A program made the position numbers and the translations under genes. 64,000 bases of DNA. Origin: Camelus dromedarius (Eukaryota). Location of the stretch: positions 98,954,001 through 99,018,000 of the forward strand of contig NC_087472.1 in assembly GCF_036321535.1 (NCBI RefSeq), written 5' to 3'. The notes beneath the pieces are model-generated. The model saw nothing but the letters and a program-made list of their open reading frames with translations, was not told the origin of the DNA and made no database searches. Positions within the stretch are counted from its first letter, which is position 1. Each line of letters starts with the position of its first letter. Shown here in pieces: positions 12,298-26,326 of this stretch.

Positions 12298-12984
12298 GAG
12301 TTATTTTTCAAAACTTCAGCATATCACAGAATCATGGAGTTGAAAAAGCTCTTAGAAATAACCTAGTGCAGCCTCTGCCTAGTGCAAAAATTTGCTTTAC
12401 ATTACTAGGTGGACATCCCTTTTTGGCTTTAAGTAGCTAAAAATATTTCAGTGGAGTATTCTTTTCTGAGCAGGAGATAAGTTGAGGTTTATTTCAAGTG
12501 ATATACGTTGGTTAGGGATGCGATTTATGAAACTCCCAGACAAGCTATTAAAATACATAATATGTTCATCCAATTTTGGTCATTTTTTGGTCCCAATGCA
12601 GTTTGTTGTTTTCACTTATTTTAGAAAATAGCATGACTATAGATATAAATAAGATTTAAATAAGTTATGTAGCCACTCGTCTTCTGAATGGGATGGTTGA
12701 AGTCTATTATTAAAATAGTGGAAATTTAGGAATAATTAACCATTTTAAATCAACTCTCTCTTTAGAATTAATTTTGCTACATGATGAACTAAAAGCCACA
12801 ATCATTTAAAATATGCAAAGCCATTTTACAAATATAACACAATAAAATATGCTTGCAGTAGGTGTTTATAAGCTAAAGCAGTTACAGTGAGCGATTAAGA
12901 CTTTCTGAGTGAAAAGAAAAAGTTTTTTTAAACCCCAGCTGTTGGGTTTTCTTCCCACAGGTGTTCACTGAAAATATGCTTCTT

Positions 12985-13290
12985 TTAAAAAAAAATTACG
13001 GTAAAATATACATAAGATGAAATTTACCATTTTAATCATTTTTAACTGTACAGTTCAGTGACATTAAGTACATTCACACTGTTGTACAACCATCGACACC
13101 ATCCATCTCCGGAACTCTTCTTTCAAAACGAAAACTGAACCCATTAAACAATAAATTCCTATTCCTCCTGGACCCCAGCCCCTGGCAACCACCATTCTAC
13201 TTTCTTTTCTATGAGCTTGACTATTCTAGGCACCTCATATAAGTGGAATCATACAGTATTTGTTCTTTCGTGATTGGCTTATTTAAAAAG
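12985..13290 (-). mobile_element. L1MB-like 3'UTR fragment
   Basis: aaatttaccattttaatcattttt..cccctggcaaccaccattctactt..ataagtggaatcatacagtatttg; possible TSD tgcttctt. Confidence 0.75.
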
Positions 13291-13614
13291 GTGCTTCTTA
13301 ACTTTTCCTTCCAAATACACCAGAATTGCTGCAGGATGTCAGATGCTGCTGCTTTTCACTGAACTCAAGCTCTGGTGAAAATGCATGTTTATCTAATGTA
13401 TTGTGGGCTCGCTGATGGTTAGGATACCACACCACATATCTCATCTCCTGGCAAAAAAAAAAGTCATTTCATCGTCCTTGCGGTAAAAGTCACAGAAGGC
13501 CCATCCAGGTGCTTTATATAAAAATAACAGTTCCCTCCAGCTACCTAACCTAGATTTTAAATTATGTACAATTAGTTACTTGGAAGAAAAATGCTGAACA
13601 AACATATTCTAGGG

Positions 13615-14098
13615 TGTGGCAATGTAGTTACCCTATTTTTTTCAGGGGTATGTCTATCCTGCAAAAGATTGATTCATGCAAATTTTGATTGGTTTCTATA
13701 AATCAAGGCCATCCTATTCCCCTGCCAATGATTGGTTTGGAGGGAAGTGTGAGTCCCAGTTCTGGCCAGTGACTGAAGGGAGGTCAGGCAGAGGGCGTCT
13801 AGGAAATGGTGTGTTGCTCTTAAAAGATTCACCTGGAAAGTATTAGTCTTTTGCCTTTTGCACATTTTCACACTTACTTGTGATGCCATTTTGTAACTGT
13901 GAGGAGTGCTGGCCGAGGTACAAAGCTACCATACTGAGGATGGTATGGGGACTTGATGGTTTTAGTGAGCCACTGAATTAACTAACCCTGGAACAGCCCC
14001 ACCTCAGGACTTCAGATAATGTGAAGTAGCAATATTTCCTTATTATTTTAGCCAGTTGAGATGGAGTTGTCTATTGCTTGCAGACACTTAACTGATAA
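13615..14098 (+). mobile_element. MaLR (MLT1-like) solo LTR
   Basis: TGTGG start; cagttctggccagtga motif; 3' end ttttagccagttgag..ttgcttgcag..taactgata. Confidence 0.55.
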
Positions 14099-14104
14099 AG
14101 ATAG

Positions 14105-14495
14105 ATTGCATGATGCCACAGGGTGGTTTCCCTTGGAAGCCGACTCTGAGATGGAGTTTACTTTGCAGGAGGTTTCTTAAGCAGTGTCTTGTGGAAGGAA
14201 GTGAAAAAAGCAGAACTGGGCAGATGAAGTGAAGCTGTGAGGTAGAGAGTGACAGACATATGTGACCTCATCAAGAGGTTCTAGTTGGGCTTAGATAACC
14301 AGGCCTTATACCCCCATCTCCATTAGTCATTGGAATGCATATGACAGAAAGCTGTGACCTGGGACTTAGCCGAGCTCAGCAGCTAAGGCAATCCCTGAGG
14401 GGACAATGGAAAAAGGATAGCACTCTTAGCATCTGGGGCAAGAAATTCTTTATTGAAGAGGGATCTAGATGGTGCAAGAGAGTGCCCGCTACACA
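14105..14495 (-). mobile_element. Old ERVL-class LTR (LTR40-like)
   Basis: ttcccttggaagccgactctgagatggagttt motif. Confidence 0.45.
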
Positions 14496-15496
14496 CAATT
14501 AAATTGGGACCATTCAAAGGGCCTGTCCCAGGACTAGAAAAAAATATGTCCCTGAGACTCACTCGAGTTGCCTAACTTCTTGTAGGCTGTGGCTTATGCT
14601 AGTGATAGCAGTCATGCATTTTTGCTTTATTTGCCTTCATTTAACTTCCTCTTGCCTGATTGTCAAAGGCTAATAATTGAATTTTCTGTAAGTATCTGTA
14701 TATTACAGCTAAACTGTTGTCCATTTGGATTAAATGTGATCAAATTGGTTTGGTGTTTACTGAATGACCAGCTAACTGCTTGATTTCCTTGCCAGCCAGT
14801 CACCCTCTTGAAACTCCTCCCTTGTTTGCTGTACACCTCTGACTCCTCTGTGTCAGTCCATATGCCATCTTTTTCTCTTCTTGGTCTCTAGTCACAGATG
14901 CTTTCTGAGGTAGCATTCTTGGCACTGACTTGATTCTTTCATCAGTATTTTACTTATTGAGCATGCCCTGCCCATGGCTCTCATTATCCTCCAAACCCAC
15001 CAAATTCTCAAATGATTTCCAACCCTGGCCTTTAGATCAAACATCGGCACTTTATCTTCAAGGACCTCCTAGACATCTTTGCAGGTCCTAACCACTTCCA
15101 ACTTACTACAGTCTAGAAATGACCAGTTTTTGTTCACTGTAAAACAAGCTCATCTTCTCAACTTCTTGGATCTATAGATTCTGTCATTTCTCATTCACCT
15201 TCATTCAAAATCTTGGAGTCATATTTGGATGCTGGATGTGAGAGACAAGGGAGAGATACTGATTCACCTAATTTGACTGATTTGTCTTTAAAATCTTTTC
15301 TGGTTTTTCTCTCTTTCTGGGTGCTTGCTTTTATTTTGATAATATTCTAAATATTGCGTCTGTAATGATACTTAGCACACTACATTCCAATTACTGTATT
15401 TATTTTTTACTCTTTTTCTGTACTAGACTGAAAGTTCCTTGAAAGCAGGAACTGTATCATTCTTTGAATTCCTAGTATTTAGAACATGCTTACCAT

Positions 15497-15972
15497 TGTT
15501 GACATAAAGAGAAAAGCACAACGTAAGAGTTGTGAGTTGAAGTTTTATTCAAGGACCTTACTGAGGGCTATAGCCTGGGAGACAGTCTCTCAGTAGGTCT
15601 GAGGGAACTGCTCCAAAGAAGTAGAGGCGAAACCAGCTTACAAGTGATATTTGGCTTGGCAATACAAGCAGTTAAGCATACATCTTGGTAAAAGATTAGT
15701 GCTAGTCACAAAGAACAGGTCTCTCAAGTTAATGACTTTGGTGCTTTCCTATGTCTGAGAAGATGCAAGAATCTAGGTTCATTAAAATTCTTCCTGAGAT
15801 ATACGTCTGACTATCTAAGGGGCCTGTTTATCCAAAGCACAGAGAGCCTCATCCTGTTTTTCATTCTTGATTCCTTTCAGAGTGCACTGTTGGTCAGCAA
15901 CTGCAATGGCTAATGACTTAATCCTTGTAGAACTGGGTGGTGAGTAATGCTCTTTGTTCTTCTTGGTTTACA
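15497..15972 (-). mobile_element. ERV1-class solo LTR (476 bp)
   Basis: TGT...ACA termini; perfect 4-bp TSD ccat 15493-15496 / 15973-15976; minus-strand AATAAA at ~15544. Confidence 0.85.
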
Positions 15973-16301
15973 CCATATTGTTGGTACTGAGTAAGTGGTT
16001 TTGGAACAACTGAATAACTTATCCTAGTCTAAGACTTCTTCATTTCTTCCCTGCATTAGTGGCCTCTTTGTAGTCTTTGTAGATGTTTTGGGTGTCCCAC
16101 ATCATGCCCTCTCCAGCCTCCTCTTATTTCAGCTGCAGCTGTTCTGTACAGTTAGTGTAAGATCAGGCTACTGCCAACACACCCCACCTCAGGTGCCCTA
16201 AGCTGCTCCAGGCCTTACTGTCTCTGACTCTCTGAAGATTTTGGAAACTGCTCCCCACAAGGGGATATACATCCCAAATGTGTAGGGGAGTTAAGACCTC
16301 T

Positions 16302-18203
16302 TTAGGGGTAGGAAAAACTTTTTCTTCTACACTCTCAGTTTAGTGTCTGGGGCCTGCAAACTAAATTGACAAAAGACAGATTTTTTTTTAACATTTTTTA
16401 TTGATTTATAATCATTTTACAATGTTGTGTCAAATTCCAGTGTTCAGCACAATTTTTCAGTCATTCATGGACATAAACACACTCATTGTCACATTTTTTT
16501 CTCTGTGAGTTATCATAACATTTTGTGTATATTTCCCTGTGCTATACAGTGTAATCTTGTTTATCTATTCTACAGTTTTGAAATCCCAGTCTATCCCTTC
16601 CCACCCTCCACCCCCCTGGTAACCACAAGTCTGTATTCTCTGTCTGTGAGTCTATTTCTGTCCTTTATTTATGCTTTGTTTTTGTTTGTTTGTTTGTTTT
16701 TGTTTTTGTTTTTTAGATTCCACATATGAGCGATCTCATATGGTATTTTTCTTTCTCTTTCTGGCTTACTTCACTTAGAATGACATTCTCCAGGAGCATC
16801 CATGTTGCTGCAAATGGCATTATGGTGTCGGTTTTTATGGCTGAGTAGTATTCCACTGTATAAATATACCACATCTTCTTTATCCAGTCACCTGTTGATG
16901 GACATTTAGGCTGTTTCCATGTTTTGGCTATTGTAAATAGTGCTGCTATGAACATTGGGGTGCAGGTGTCATCCTGAAGTAGATTTCCTTCTGGATACAA
17001 GCCCAGGAGTGGGATTCCTGGGTCATATGGTAAGTCTATTCCTAGTCTTTTGAGGAATCTCCACACTGTTTTCCATAGTGGCTGCACCAAACTGCATTCC
17101 CACCAGCAGTGTAGGAGGGTTCCCCTTTCTCCACAGCCTCTCCAGCATTTGTCATTTGTGGATTTTTGAATGACGGCCATTCTGACTGGTGTGAGGTGAT
17201 ACCTCATTGTAGTTTTGATTTGCATTTCTCTGATAATTAGTGATATTGAGCATTTTTTCATGTGCTTTTTGATCATTTGTATGTCTTCCTTGGAGAATTG
17301 CTTGTTTAAGTCTTCTGCCCATTTTTGGATTGGGTTGTTTATTTTTTTCTTATTGAGTTGTATGAGCTGCTTATATATTCTGGAGATCAAGCCTTTGTCG
17401 GTTTCACTTGCAAAAATTTTCTCCCATTCCGTAGGTTTTCTTCTTGTTTTACTTCTGGTTTCCTTTGCTGTGCAGAAGCTTGTAGGTTTCATTAGGTCCC
17501 ATTTGTTTATTCTTGGTTTTATTTCTTCTAGGAGAAAATTTTTGAAATGTATGTCAGATAATGTTTTGCCTATGTTTTCCTCTAGGAGGTTTATTGTATC
17601 TTGTCTTATGTTTAAGTCTTTAATCCATTTTGAGTTGATTTTTGTATATGGTGTAAGAGAGTGTTCTAGACAAAAGACAGATTGACAGGAGAACAGACAT
17701 AAATTTTATTTGTTGTTAATGTTTTTACATAGTGTGGGAATCTTATAGAAGAGGAAGTGAAAGCCGCAAAGAGACAATCAGACCTGGAGGCTTATATACC
17801 ATTTTAGCAGAGGGCAATATAGTTGTGAAAAAGTGACAAGACAAACAAAAAGGATTTTGAACTTCTAGGGGCAGTAAATTGTGGAAAGGTAAATATATAG
17901 GGGAAACTAATGGAAGATAAGGGTTACTTAGTAAGGTTTATTATACAGATTTCTCTTGGTGTTGTCTCTGAGGTGATAAGAATCTAGAGTCATCTCCAGT
18001 GGTTATGAGTAGTTGTGTCCCTCTTGTTATGAGAGAAGGGAGGGGGAACACCATCACAAAGGGAAATGTATGCCCTGCTTTTAGGCAAATAGGTTAGGGT
18101 AGATAGCTTTTTTCTGTGTCTGCTGTTATTCATTTGCCTTCACTCAAAATAATCCTTAGGCCAAAGTGGAATGTTCTGAGGTGATATATTCTGATCCCTT
18201 TCA
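16302..18203 (-). mobile_element. MER34-like ERV1 solo LTR, split by L1
   Basis: Reverse-complement start tgaaagggatcagaatatatcacctcagaacattccactttggcctaaggattatttt; 4-bp TSD ctct 16298-16301 / 18204-18207. Confidence 0.75.
16383..17668 (-). mobile_element. Young 5'-truncated LINE-1 (1.3 kb)
   Basis: Uninterrupted ORF2 C-terminal ORF 16713-17492 ending ICGI*; perfect TSD gacaaaagacagatt 16368-16382 / 17669-17683. Confidence 0.97.
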
Positions 18204-18578
18204 CTCTCCAGGGACAACCTTTAATGAATAGGGGGCTGAGAGCTGGTCAAGAAATGCCCTCACCCCCCTCCTAGGAAGTGTTGTGTAGGCTTTTCATTGA
18301 AAGCAGTGGAATCCAGATCCCACTGCCTACAACAGTGACTTACATAAGGCACCCTGAGAGTGGCTCTCACTTTCCTCTGTTCCTCACCAAATTTCCTGGA
18401 CTTGCCTTCCACATAAATTACTGCCCTTAAATCTTTTTTAAGGTTCTGTTTTTAGGGGACCCCAAAACAGATCAATCTCCTTGCTTCCACTCCTTCCTGA
18501 TCCCCATATACCCACAATAGTCTTGAAACATCACTTTTATATATGACTTGCTACCCTTCACAGAAATGCCTCAATTGT

Positions 18579-18767
18579 TAGGATTGCCTGATTTAATAAT
18601 AAAAAAGGGTACCCCCCAAATGTAAATTTCCAATAAACAACAGATAATTTGTTAGTATAAGTATGTTTTGTGCAATCTTTGGGACATACTTAATGCTAAC
18701 AAATGATCTCTTATTTATCTGAAATTCAAATTTGACCGGACATCCTGTATTTTATTTGGCAATCCTA
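18579..18767. mobile_element. MER53-like palindromic hAT MITE
   Basis: TIR taggattgcc...ggcaatccta; internal inverted symmetry; 8-bp TSD tcaattgt / ccaattgc. Confidence 0.85.
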
Positions 18768-21700
18768 CCAATTGCACTCTATTTTTTAGAAAGCCATCTA
18801 AACTCACACCTTGTCATTTATGAGTCTCCATAATTTGACCCTCATTCTACCAAGAGAATTTACTTTTTCCAAATCTAAACTTTCCCTTCTGACTAGAATT
18901 TGAGAGCAAGAGTACTTAATCATCATCACCATCATTGTAGTTCCTTTGCACCTCTGAAATGTTTCACTGTTTTCAAAGTACTTACTTGTATATTATCATT
19001 TTAGTTTCTCTCAGCACCTCTGTGATATAGCTTGGATAGGAATTTTAATTTTAAATTTAGAATTTGTGAAAACTGAACAAGAGACGTGAACTTGTGTGAG
19101 GTCAGTGGGTAGGTATTGGAGAAGGGAGCTCAACCCCAGGCTGTCGATCTTTAAGTCAAGTGTTGCTTCTGTGATATCTCATTGCTTCCTATTCATATTC
19201 CTTTATTTTACAGAGTAGGAAACCGAGGCACCTAGAAGTTAAATGAGTGAAGCACCGGGCAGTCTTAGTTCTCCACTATTTATTTGATGGTTGGCGAGTC
19301 ATTTTCTATGGGTGAAACTTCATGTCCTCATCTAGAATATGAAGCTCTCAGAGTAGAAAACCTCTGTTTTCTGTAGTTTGTAACTGTGTAGTTTGCCCAG
19401 GCTCATGCAACTAAACAACTCAGAACTGAGAGTAGAGCACAGCCCACTAAGAGCTCGTCCAAGAGAGTCTCTTAAACAGCTCTGCCCTTCTTTATGTATT
19501 TTTCTTACCACATCTTATACTTGTCCAGCTTTTATAAGGAACTAAAATATTTAATATTATTTGTTCTTATAAAAAAAAGCTCTGTTCCCTGCACTTGAAT
19601 TTAAATGTGGGCAATTTGAGTGTTTTGTACTCTAATGGAACCCATACTAAATTAAGTTTCTGTTGATTCTTTATTAATTTGGCTTTTTTTCACCTTTTCT
19701 CTGGGAAAAAATTGATTCTCTATCCAGGGTTAAGCAAAGAAAAATTATCTAAAAGTCAAATATTCATTATAAATTGTGCCTATTGATCTTATTTTAAAAT
19801 AAATTTTTAAATAAATTACCAAAGAACAGGACTTATTTTCCATTCCCCTGGCTAAATGAGTGACTGCTTTCCTAGAACATTAAAAAAAATCTTTATAATA
19901 GCAAAGGGAAGGAAATCCTGTGACATGGTTTTGTTTTCACCATGAATTTAGTTATCACCATAAACTTTCCTTAATCTTCCTAACTTCCTATTTGAAGGGT
20001 GATGAGAAAAAGTTTGAAGAGTATTAGGTTTGGATCCAGACATATACGGGAATCGTAGCACCACCACCTAACTATGTGACCTTGATTAAGTTATTAAACC
20101 CATAGGAACCTTAATTTCCTACTCCTCATGAGGTTGTATTAAAGGTCAAATAAGACAGTATGACAGTCTATGGTGAAAGGACAGAACTTGAGTGCTCCGC
20201 CCACTAGATGCTTCATTAGTGTGAACTCATTCGTGGGTATTGGTAACTAATGATACTTCATTTATGTAGGAATCCTTCTATTGAAGAGATAAGTGAGAAG
20301 ACTTTCCCTGGTTATTTTAGGGGACTATCATCCTTCTCTTGGTCTTGAGTGCCTCTTCCCCCTGCACGTGGAAAAGCGTAGCCTTCACTAGACTAGTTAG
20401 TTGCTCCACACTTGCAACCAGATTTGACACATTGTAGAAAATATATCATAAATAAAAGTGCAATTTATGGGAGAGAATATCTTTCCCCATCTTTATGTTC
20501 TCTCCATTTTCTGGCACCACTCTCTTCTGGGTGCTGTGCTTGCAGCTTCCTTGGGCCTAGACACACTCTCTGCTCACTGACATGGATATTGCTGGGCTGC
20601 CTCTTAGAGGGATCCTTGTTATGATTCTTCCAGGCATTGGAGATCCCTTCCCCAGTGAAACTTCCTTTCCTCCCCAGGGCATCACCATTTTCCTTTCCTC
20701 TTTCCCCTGAAAATCAATGAAAATAACCAAGAAAAAAAAAATACCCACTTCACTATGAAGAAACATGCCAGTTCTCCCAGGAACATAAAATCATATACTT
20801 GTCTTCCCTGGAGTGTATTTTCTCAGTTTAATTTTATGACCAAGCATCTCACAGTCCTCCGCAATCCCTTTGGCAAACTTTCTACTCTAGATAAAGATCT
20901 GTTTCTCCATATAAAAACCAAAGTCATTCCTGGCAAACAGAGACATCCAACCATCACTTTGAGCTGAATGCCTTATTTTCCCTCTGGATCCAAATCTATA
21001 AGTCACAATAATCTCTTTTCTAAGCAATTATTCAACCCCTATTTGAATATCTCTAATTCCCTTCTCTGCTTATTCATAAGAGACATTTGGTTAATATTGT
21101 TGATTGCTGTTTGGTGAGTATGTTGCCCAAAGGCAGCTTCCTCTTTCACCAAGTGACTTATACTGCTCTTTGTTCCAAGATATTACGGTCTAAGATACCT
21201 GGAGAATACTGTCCCCATAACCCCCTTAGGCACAGGAACTTCTTGGTCTATGTGTGAATATGCATGCACATATAGACATATAAACAAAGGCAAATCTCCA
21301 AGAACACCGTGAGCAAAACAAGAAATCTTGGGGGAACATCTTCACACCTTTTTTTCTAACATAAAAGAACACTGTCGGAAGTAAAATATGAATTGAAACT
21401 TATCTCTGTTCAGGCTTCCAAGCAGTTATACCTAATAGAAAAAATATGAGGCTATAAATCCTCTACGTGGTTAAAAAATGAGAAAAAAAGAGTGAACAAA
21501 CCCTTCTTTGAAAGTCATTCCTATTATCTGTGATTGAGAAAATGATCCTTTTGAAAGAAAGTGAAAGGAAAGGAAATATATTTTGTTTGGTCGAGGGCCA
21601 TCACCCATCAAATGATCATCTTGTTGAAACCTAATTCATTTTTTGAGAGAAAGTAAGCAGCAGTGGTCCAGACACCCTCTTTCACTTTCTGATGAATCGG

Positions 21701-22199
21701 TCTCCCATGCCTATGAATAATCCATTTCTACCAGAGCATTTCTGAATCTGTAACTAAGAAAGTGTAGTTAAAGATGTACAATGATCTTTTTTATTACTCA
21801 TTCTTCAATTGTGGGATAAATTACATGTAAGTGTCAATTACTTATAAATGGACAAAGGCTACTGCTGGGGTGGTGTCAGAACATTGGAGAAAGCAGACCC
21901 TAGCACAATGGTTTTTGAACTTTTTTTTTTAAAGCTAAGAACTAGTATGTGGAATCCTAGTACTTGAAACAGTTAAAAGTGAGTCTGCTGGGGTTATATT
22001 CGGCTGAGGGTTGGGGGAGGCACTGTGTATTATGAGTGGGACAGACAAGACATGGACAGGTATAGAGGTGACCTTGTGGCCTCTCTCTCCCTCTTCTCTT
22101 CTCCTACCAATCCCCAAGTCTCTCAACGGTCTTGAACATCTTGAGAGGATATTTAGGATTTCTTGGAGCAAAATTTGAAAATGAATGGCAGAGTGTAAA

Positions 22200-22420
22200 A
22201 CAGATGGACTGTAGCAATTGATGAAGTCTTACTCTAATCCTGGCTCCAAAATATTAGCTGTATGAATCAGTGCAAATTACCAGGACTCGCTAAACTTTTT
22301 TGCATCTGTGGATTGGAGCTGATGCTAGCTAGAATTGGGGTAAATGAGATAACGCCTATAAAGAGTCAAGTAGGCATGCCTGGCATATAAAATTTGTTCA
22401 ATAAATGGTAGCTACAATTA
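22200..22420 (+). mobile_element. MIR SINE relic
   Basis: aatcctggctcc..tagctgtatga..aaatgagataacg..tggcatata..caataaatggtagct. Confidence 0.6.
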
Positions 22421-23343
22421 TTATCAAGAGGAAACTCAAATTTTCACTGTTGCTCTGAAAGAGCTCTGTGCTAGGCACTTCGGAAGAATTGTGTTGTTCA
22501 AAACATTGGTTTACTTTGGGTGTGATGATGGCCAAGGGGACAGCCTCTCCATCTTTTATAACTTCTGTCAGGTGCTTTCAGGATCCCAGTTTCCACAACC
22601 CAAACCATGAGAGCGTTTTGAGGGCTTTTTAGTCTGCTGACTTGGCAATCTACCTTAAGGTGGGTGGCACTGGAATGCTTTGGCAACAAAATTTGTTTAA
22701 ATTATTTTATAAACTATAGTGGAAGTTACCTAAGGATCAAAAAGTTATCAACATGAATATGGAGTTTTCCTTCTCTTCTTTGGAGAAAATAGGCTCAAAT
22801 AATTGGGGGGAAAGTGTGGCAGTGTCTGTCATAGTGTATAGCGACTCCAGTGCAGGCAAATAAAGGAGACAGCATTCCTTGAAGCCTTTCAGACTGGTGA
22901 GCTCCTCCCACAGGGATTTCACACCTCAGTACCCCTTCGTAATGTATTAGAATAGATTGGCTTGTTTACTGTTCCAACTTCTCTTTTTTCAATTACTAGT
23001 TCTTTCTGACTAACCTTAGAGAATGTCATGAAAAAGAAACTTGTCACCAGTGACCTACATCTTTTCTCTTAACAGGTCCTCTTCAAGAAGACATTCCTTT
23101 AAATTCTCATCTTGCTTTCTGCTTTCACTTTTGTCTTGCTTATTGCCTCTTCATCTATAATCAAAAACACACTTCTTGGGTAATATAAAAGTTATGTTCT
23201 TAAAATCCGTTGTATAAGCTTCCTCAGTATTAAGAAATTAAGGTTTATAGTCTGGCAAATCAAGATAACTTTGGCACTTAATACTTTATATATTACTGTT
23301 CCCTATTCTCAATGAAATTGGGCAGTAAAATCAACCTTACATA

Positions 23344-23752
23344 CAGTGGTGCCCTCGGTTCACAAAAACTGCTAAATGTTCAGGAATTTTGTGAGTTGGT
23401 TATTAAATGCAGCCATTATTAAAAATTAAATTCTATAAACTTATGCTTAAAATTATATTAAAATGAAAATATATACTCAAAACTCATCACTTCCTAATTA
23501 CCTTACTACTTTCTAACATTATCTGTGCTTTTGAAGTTATGTCTATTGCATCAGGCTGGTGGAAATACTATATAAGTAATCTGCTACTGCACATCTCTTA
23601 CCAAACTCCTCCATGCTCAGTGAAGTCAGATTGGTAGCTGGAAATCAACCAGGGTAGAAATGTTTACACCATGGAAATCAGCAAACACTACAAATCAAGG
23701 CTTTTTGTTCCCTGGGAGAATTGTTTATTAAGCATTTGCCTGCATACCACTG
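23344..23752. mobile_element. MER63-like hAT DNA transposon
   Basis: TIR cagtggt...accactg; 8-bp TSD cttacata / ctcatata. Confidence 0.75.
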
Positions 23753-24165
23753 CTCATATATGTGATACAAGAATTATTATGAAATAATGTATAAAAGATG
23801 CTTAAGTGTGTGGCTTATAATATGTACTTAATAAATGATGGTTCTCCTTTGTATTGTTAATTATTACCATTCAATCAATCGGTGAATCAGTTGTTTATTG
23901 TCTAATTCAATGCACTGAATTCTAGTATAATCCACTCATTTGTCAGAAAAGGAAACAGAGGGTCTCAAAAGCTTAGTATTTTGCCCAAGTTCACACAGTC
24001 ATCTAGTAGGAAAATGGTAGTAATATATGTTATCTACGTATCTTATAAAGTCTTTTAACACCTTTCATAAGTGGGTGAATTATTTATTAAGGGTATAAAC
24101 CAATAGTGGTTTTCATTTTTGGTAGTTATGATGTCCTTGCGAAAACTAGGGACAATGTATATAAT

Positions 24166-24241
24166 AGAAGTTGAAACATAGGAAATTACCATTGTTGTAA
24201 ATAGTGGTCAAATGTTAGCAATATTATATAGTTCAACCTAA
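24166..24241. mobile_element. MADE2-like mariner MITE (~76-bp palindrome)
   Basis: gttgaaacataggaaattacc ... gcaatattatatagttcaacctaa; degenerate inverted repeat. Confidence 0.65.
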
Positions 24242-26326
24242 TATATTTGACCTAACAAAGTGAATATTCCAATTGATGTGATCTTTACTTTTCTTTCCCA
24301 CTCCTGTCTTACAAACATAATTTATTTAAGATAAATCCAGATACATACATATAAGCTATAGATGTTTAAATGAGAATTTGTGTAATGATTTGGCTACAAG
24401 AATTTTATGGTTTCTTTGCTAAAGAATGACACTATGCTACCATTGTACTTCAGAACATTGTAAAACAAAAGAATTATCCCCAAGCTTTAAGATGAAGAAG
24501 GAAGACAAATAGTTGATATTTGTTTGGGTGGAATTTGTGTCATTTTCTGGTTTGAGTTTAAGACCAAAGAATGACTAAATTATATGTATTAGCCTAGGCT
24601 TTAAAAAACACTCACCACATAAGCATTAGCTTAGAAAACCCTAAATTGCTTTAAAAAATGGTCAAGCCAAAATAGAAGAAAATCCGTGGTTTTGTGCCCA
24701 ATATACAATTACACAATTACAGAATTTATATTCTTGCAGTTGGATTTACAAAACCTCCTTAATGTACTAAAGTGTGGTCTAATTGCTTACTAATAAAAGG
24801 GGGGGAAACACTCTCTAATTAGATAAGTACCTTTTATGGCAATCTTAGTAAACACATTCTGTTTGCCAGTGGGTAGCAAAGAGTTGGGAATGTGTGCTCA
24901 ATGGCTCTTTTTCAACCTCTTGTTCCTGGTTGGGCAGGGTCAGCCTGGAATGCAAGGTCCTTGCCCAGAGCTGCTCAGCATTCCCGACTAACAGCTCTAA
25001 TCAGCAACTCCTTTAGTCAACAGCATTCAAGAGATGAAAGGAGGCAATGGTTTCAAATTTTTTCCCCAGATAATTGGAGTCAAAATAGTAATTGACTCTT
25101 GTTTGTTTTTCCAATATGCCCTCTGGGAATAACCTCAGGGTCAAAGTAGTTCTCAGAGTCCTAATCTTTCCACCCAACAGAAACTAGTGTGTTTCTGTTT
25201 TCATTAGTTTCTGCAGATCCTACTTTGTTGCTGTTTTTTTGGTTTTTGTTTTGCTTTGGGCTATGGGCTCTTATTCTGAAAAGCTTAAGAAAGCAGCTGT
25301 CCTCTCTTTAGCAAACTGAGTTGCAGAACACTGGGAAGTGTGGTCATGTTAGCCATAAAGCCTGATTTCTAGTCTTAGGTCTGTTACTAATTCTTTATGA
25401 AACCTTGACCACATCACTTGAAATCAAATTACATCAGCATTCCCATCTGTAAAATGAGATGTTGGGCTGGAGAGTGTTCTCTTAAGTTCTCAATAGCTCT
25501 GTATTAGTTGTAAAGCTGTATTTCTACCGGAGAGAGTCTTATTCCAGAAGCACCCTCCATCCATTTATACAGAGGCCTTTCTGATACCTTCAGAGGGCAT
25601 TAGTCTCTTCCTTTTTCCTGTCTTGAGCACACCCTTATTTCTCTGTTTATCATGCATGACTCTCTTACTAGGGATATAGGAGACCCTTCAAGTCAGGAAC
25701 TGTAATTTATTCAACTTTGTTGGGGACATAGAGATAGCATACAGTCACAGGGATGTTAATGGAAGAAGGGATGAGGCTGCTGTACGCTAAATTGCTGTGA
25801 GGCAAGAGTAACAAGGGTATGGGTGGGAAAAGGAATAAGGAAGAACACAAATACTACTCTACTGTTTTGGGTGTGCTGGGCTGTGCTTAGGTGATAAATT
25901 GTGGAAATACACCAGCAAGAGGAAGGTGACTCAGCAGAAGTCAGAGAATTTAGAGATCAGAGACTTGTTTCTTAAGAGAGTAGTAATAGTTTCTTAAAAC
26001 AACAATAACAACAAAACCTAAAACAAAAAGCAAAACAAAACAAAATCTGGAATTTTCCTTATTATAAAAATAGTCCATGCTCACTATAGAAAATTTGAGA
26101 AGTGAGGAGAATATCAACCACAATTAACAACAATTTCAGTGTTTTTTTCTAAACACTTTTTGTATAGCTAAGATTATATTGAGTAATAAATTTTATATGT
26201 TGACTTTTCACTGAAAATGACAATTTAAATTCTGTTTTATGAATGTACATAATTTACTTAACAATTCCCCTACTTTTTCCTATTTATAATTTTTCTCTAT
26301 TATGAGTATTTCCATGATGAACATTA

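Larger units (their letters stand above)
16084..18472 (+). mobile_element. LTR16-like ERVL solo LTR, split by a MER34-like LTR
   Basis: Halves at 16084-16301 and 18204-18472; 3' end ggttctgtttttaggggaccccaaa. Confidence 0.55.

Noticed and set aside
22572..22660. AG..GT-bounded candidate exon
   Set aside because: Stops in all three frames and no supporting evidence
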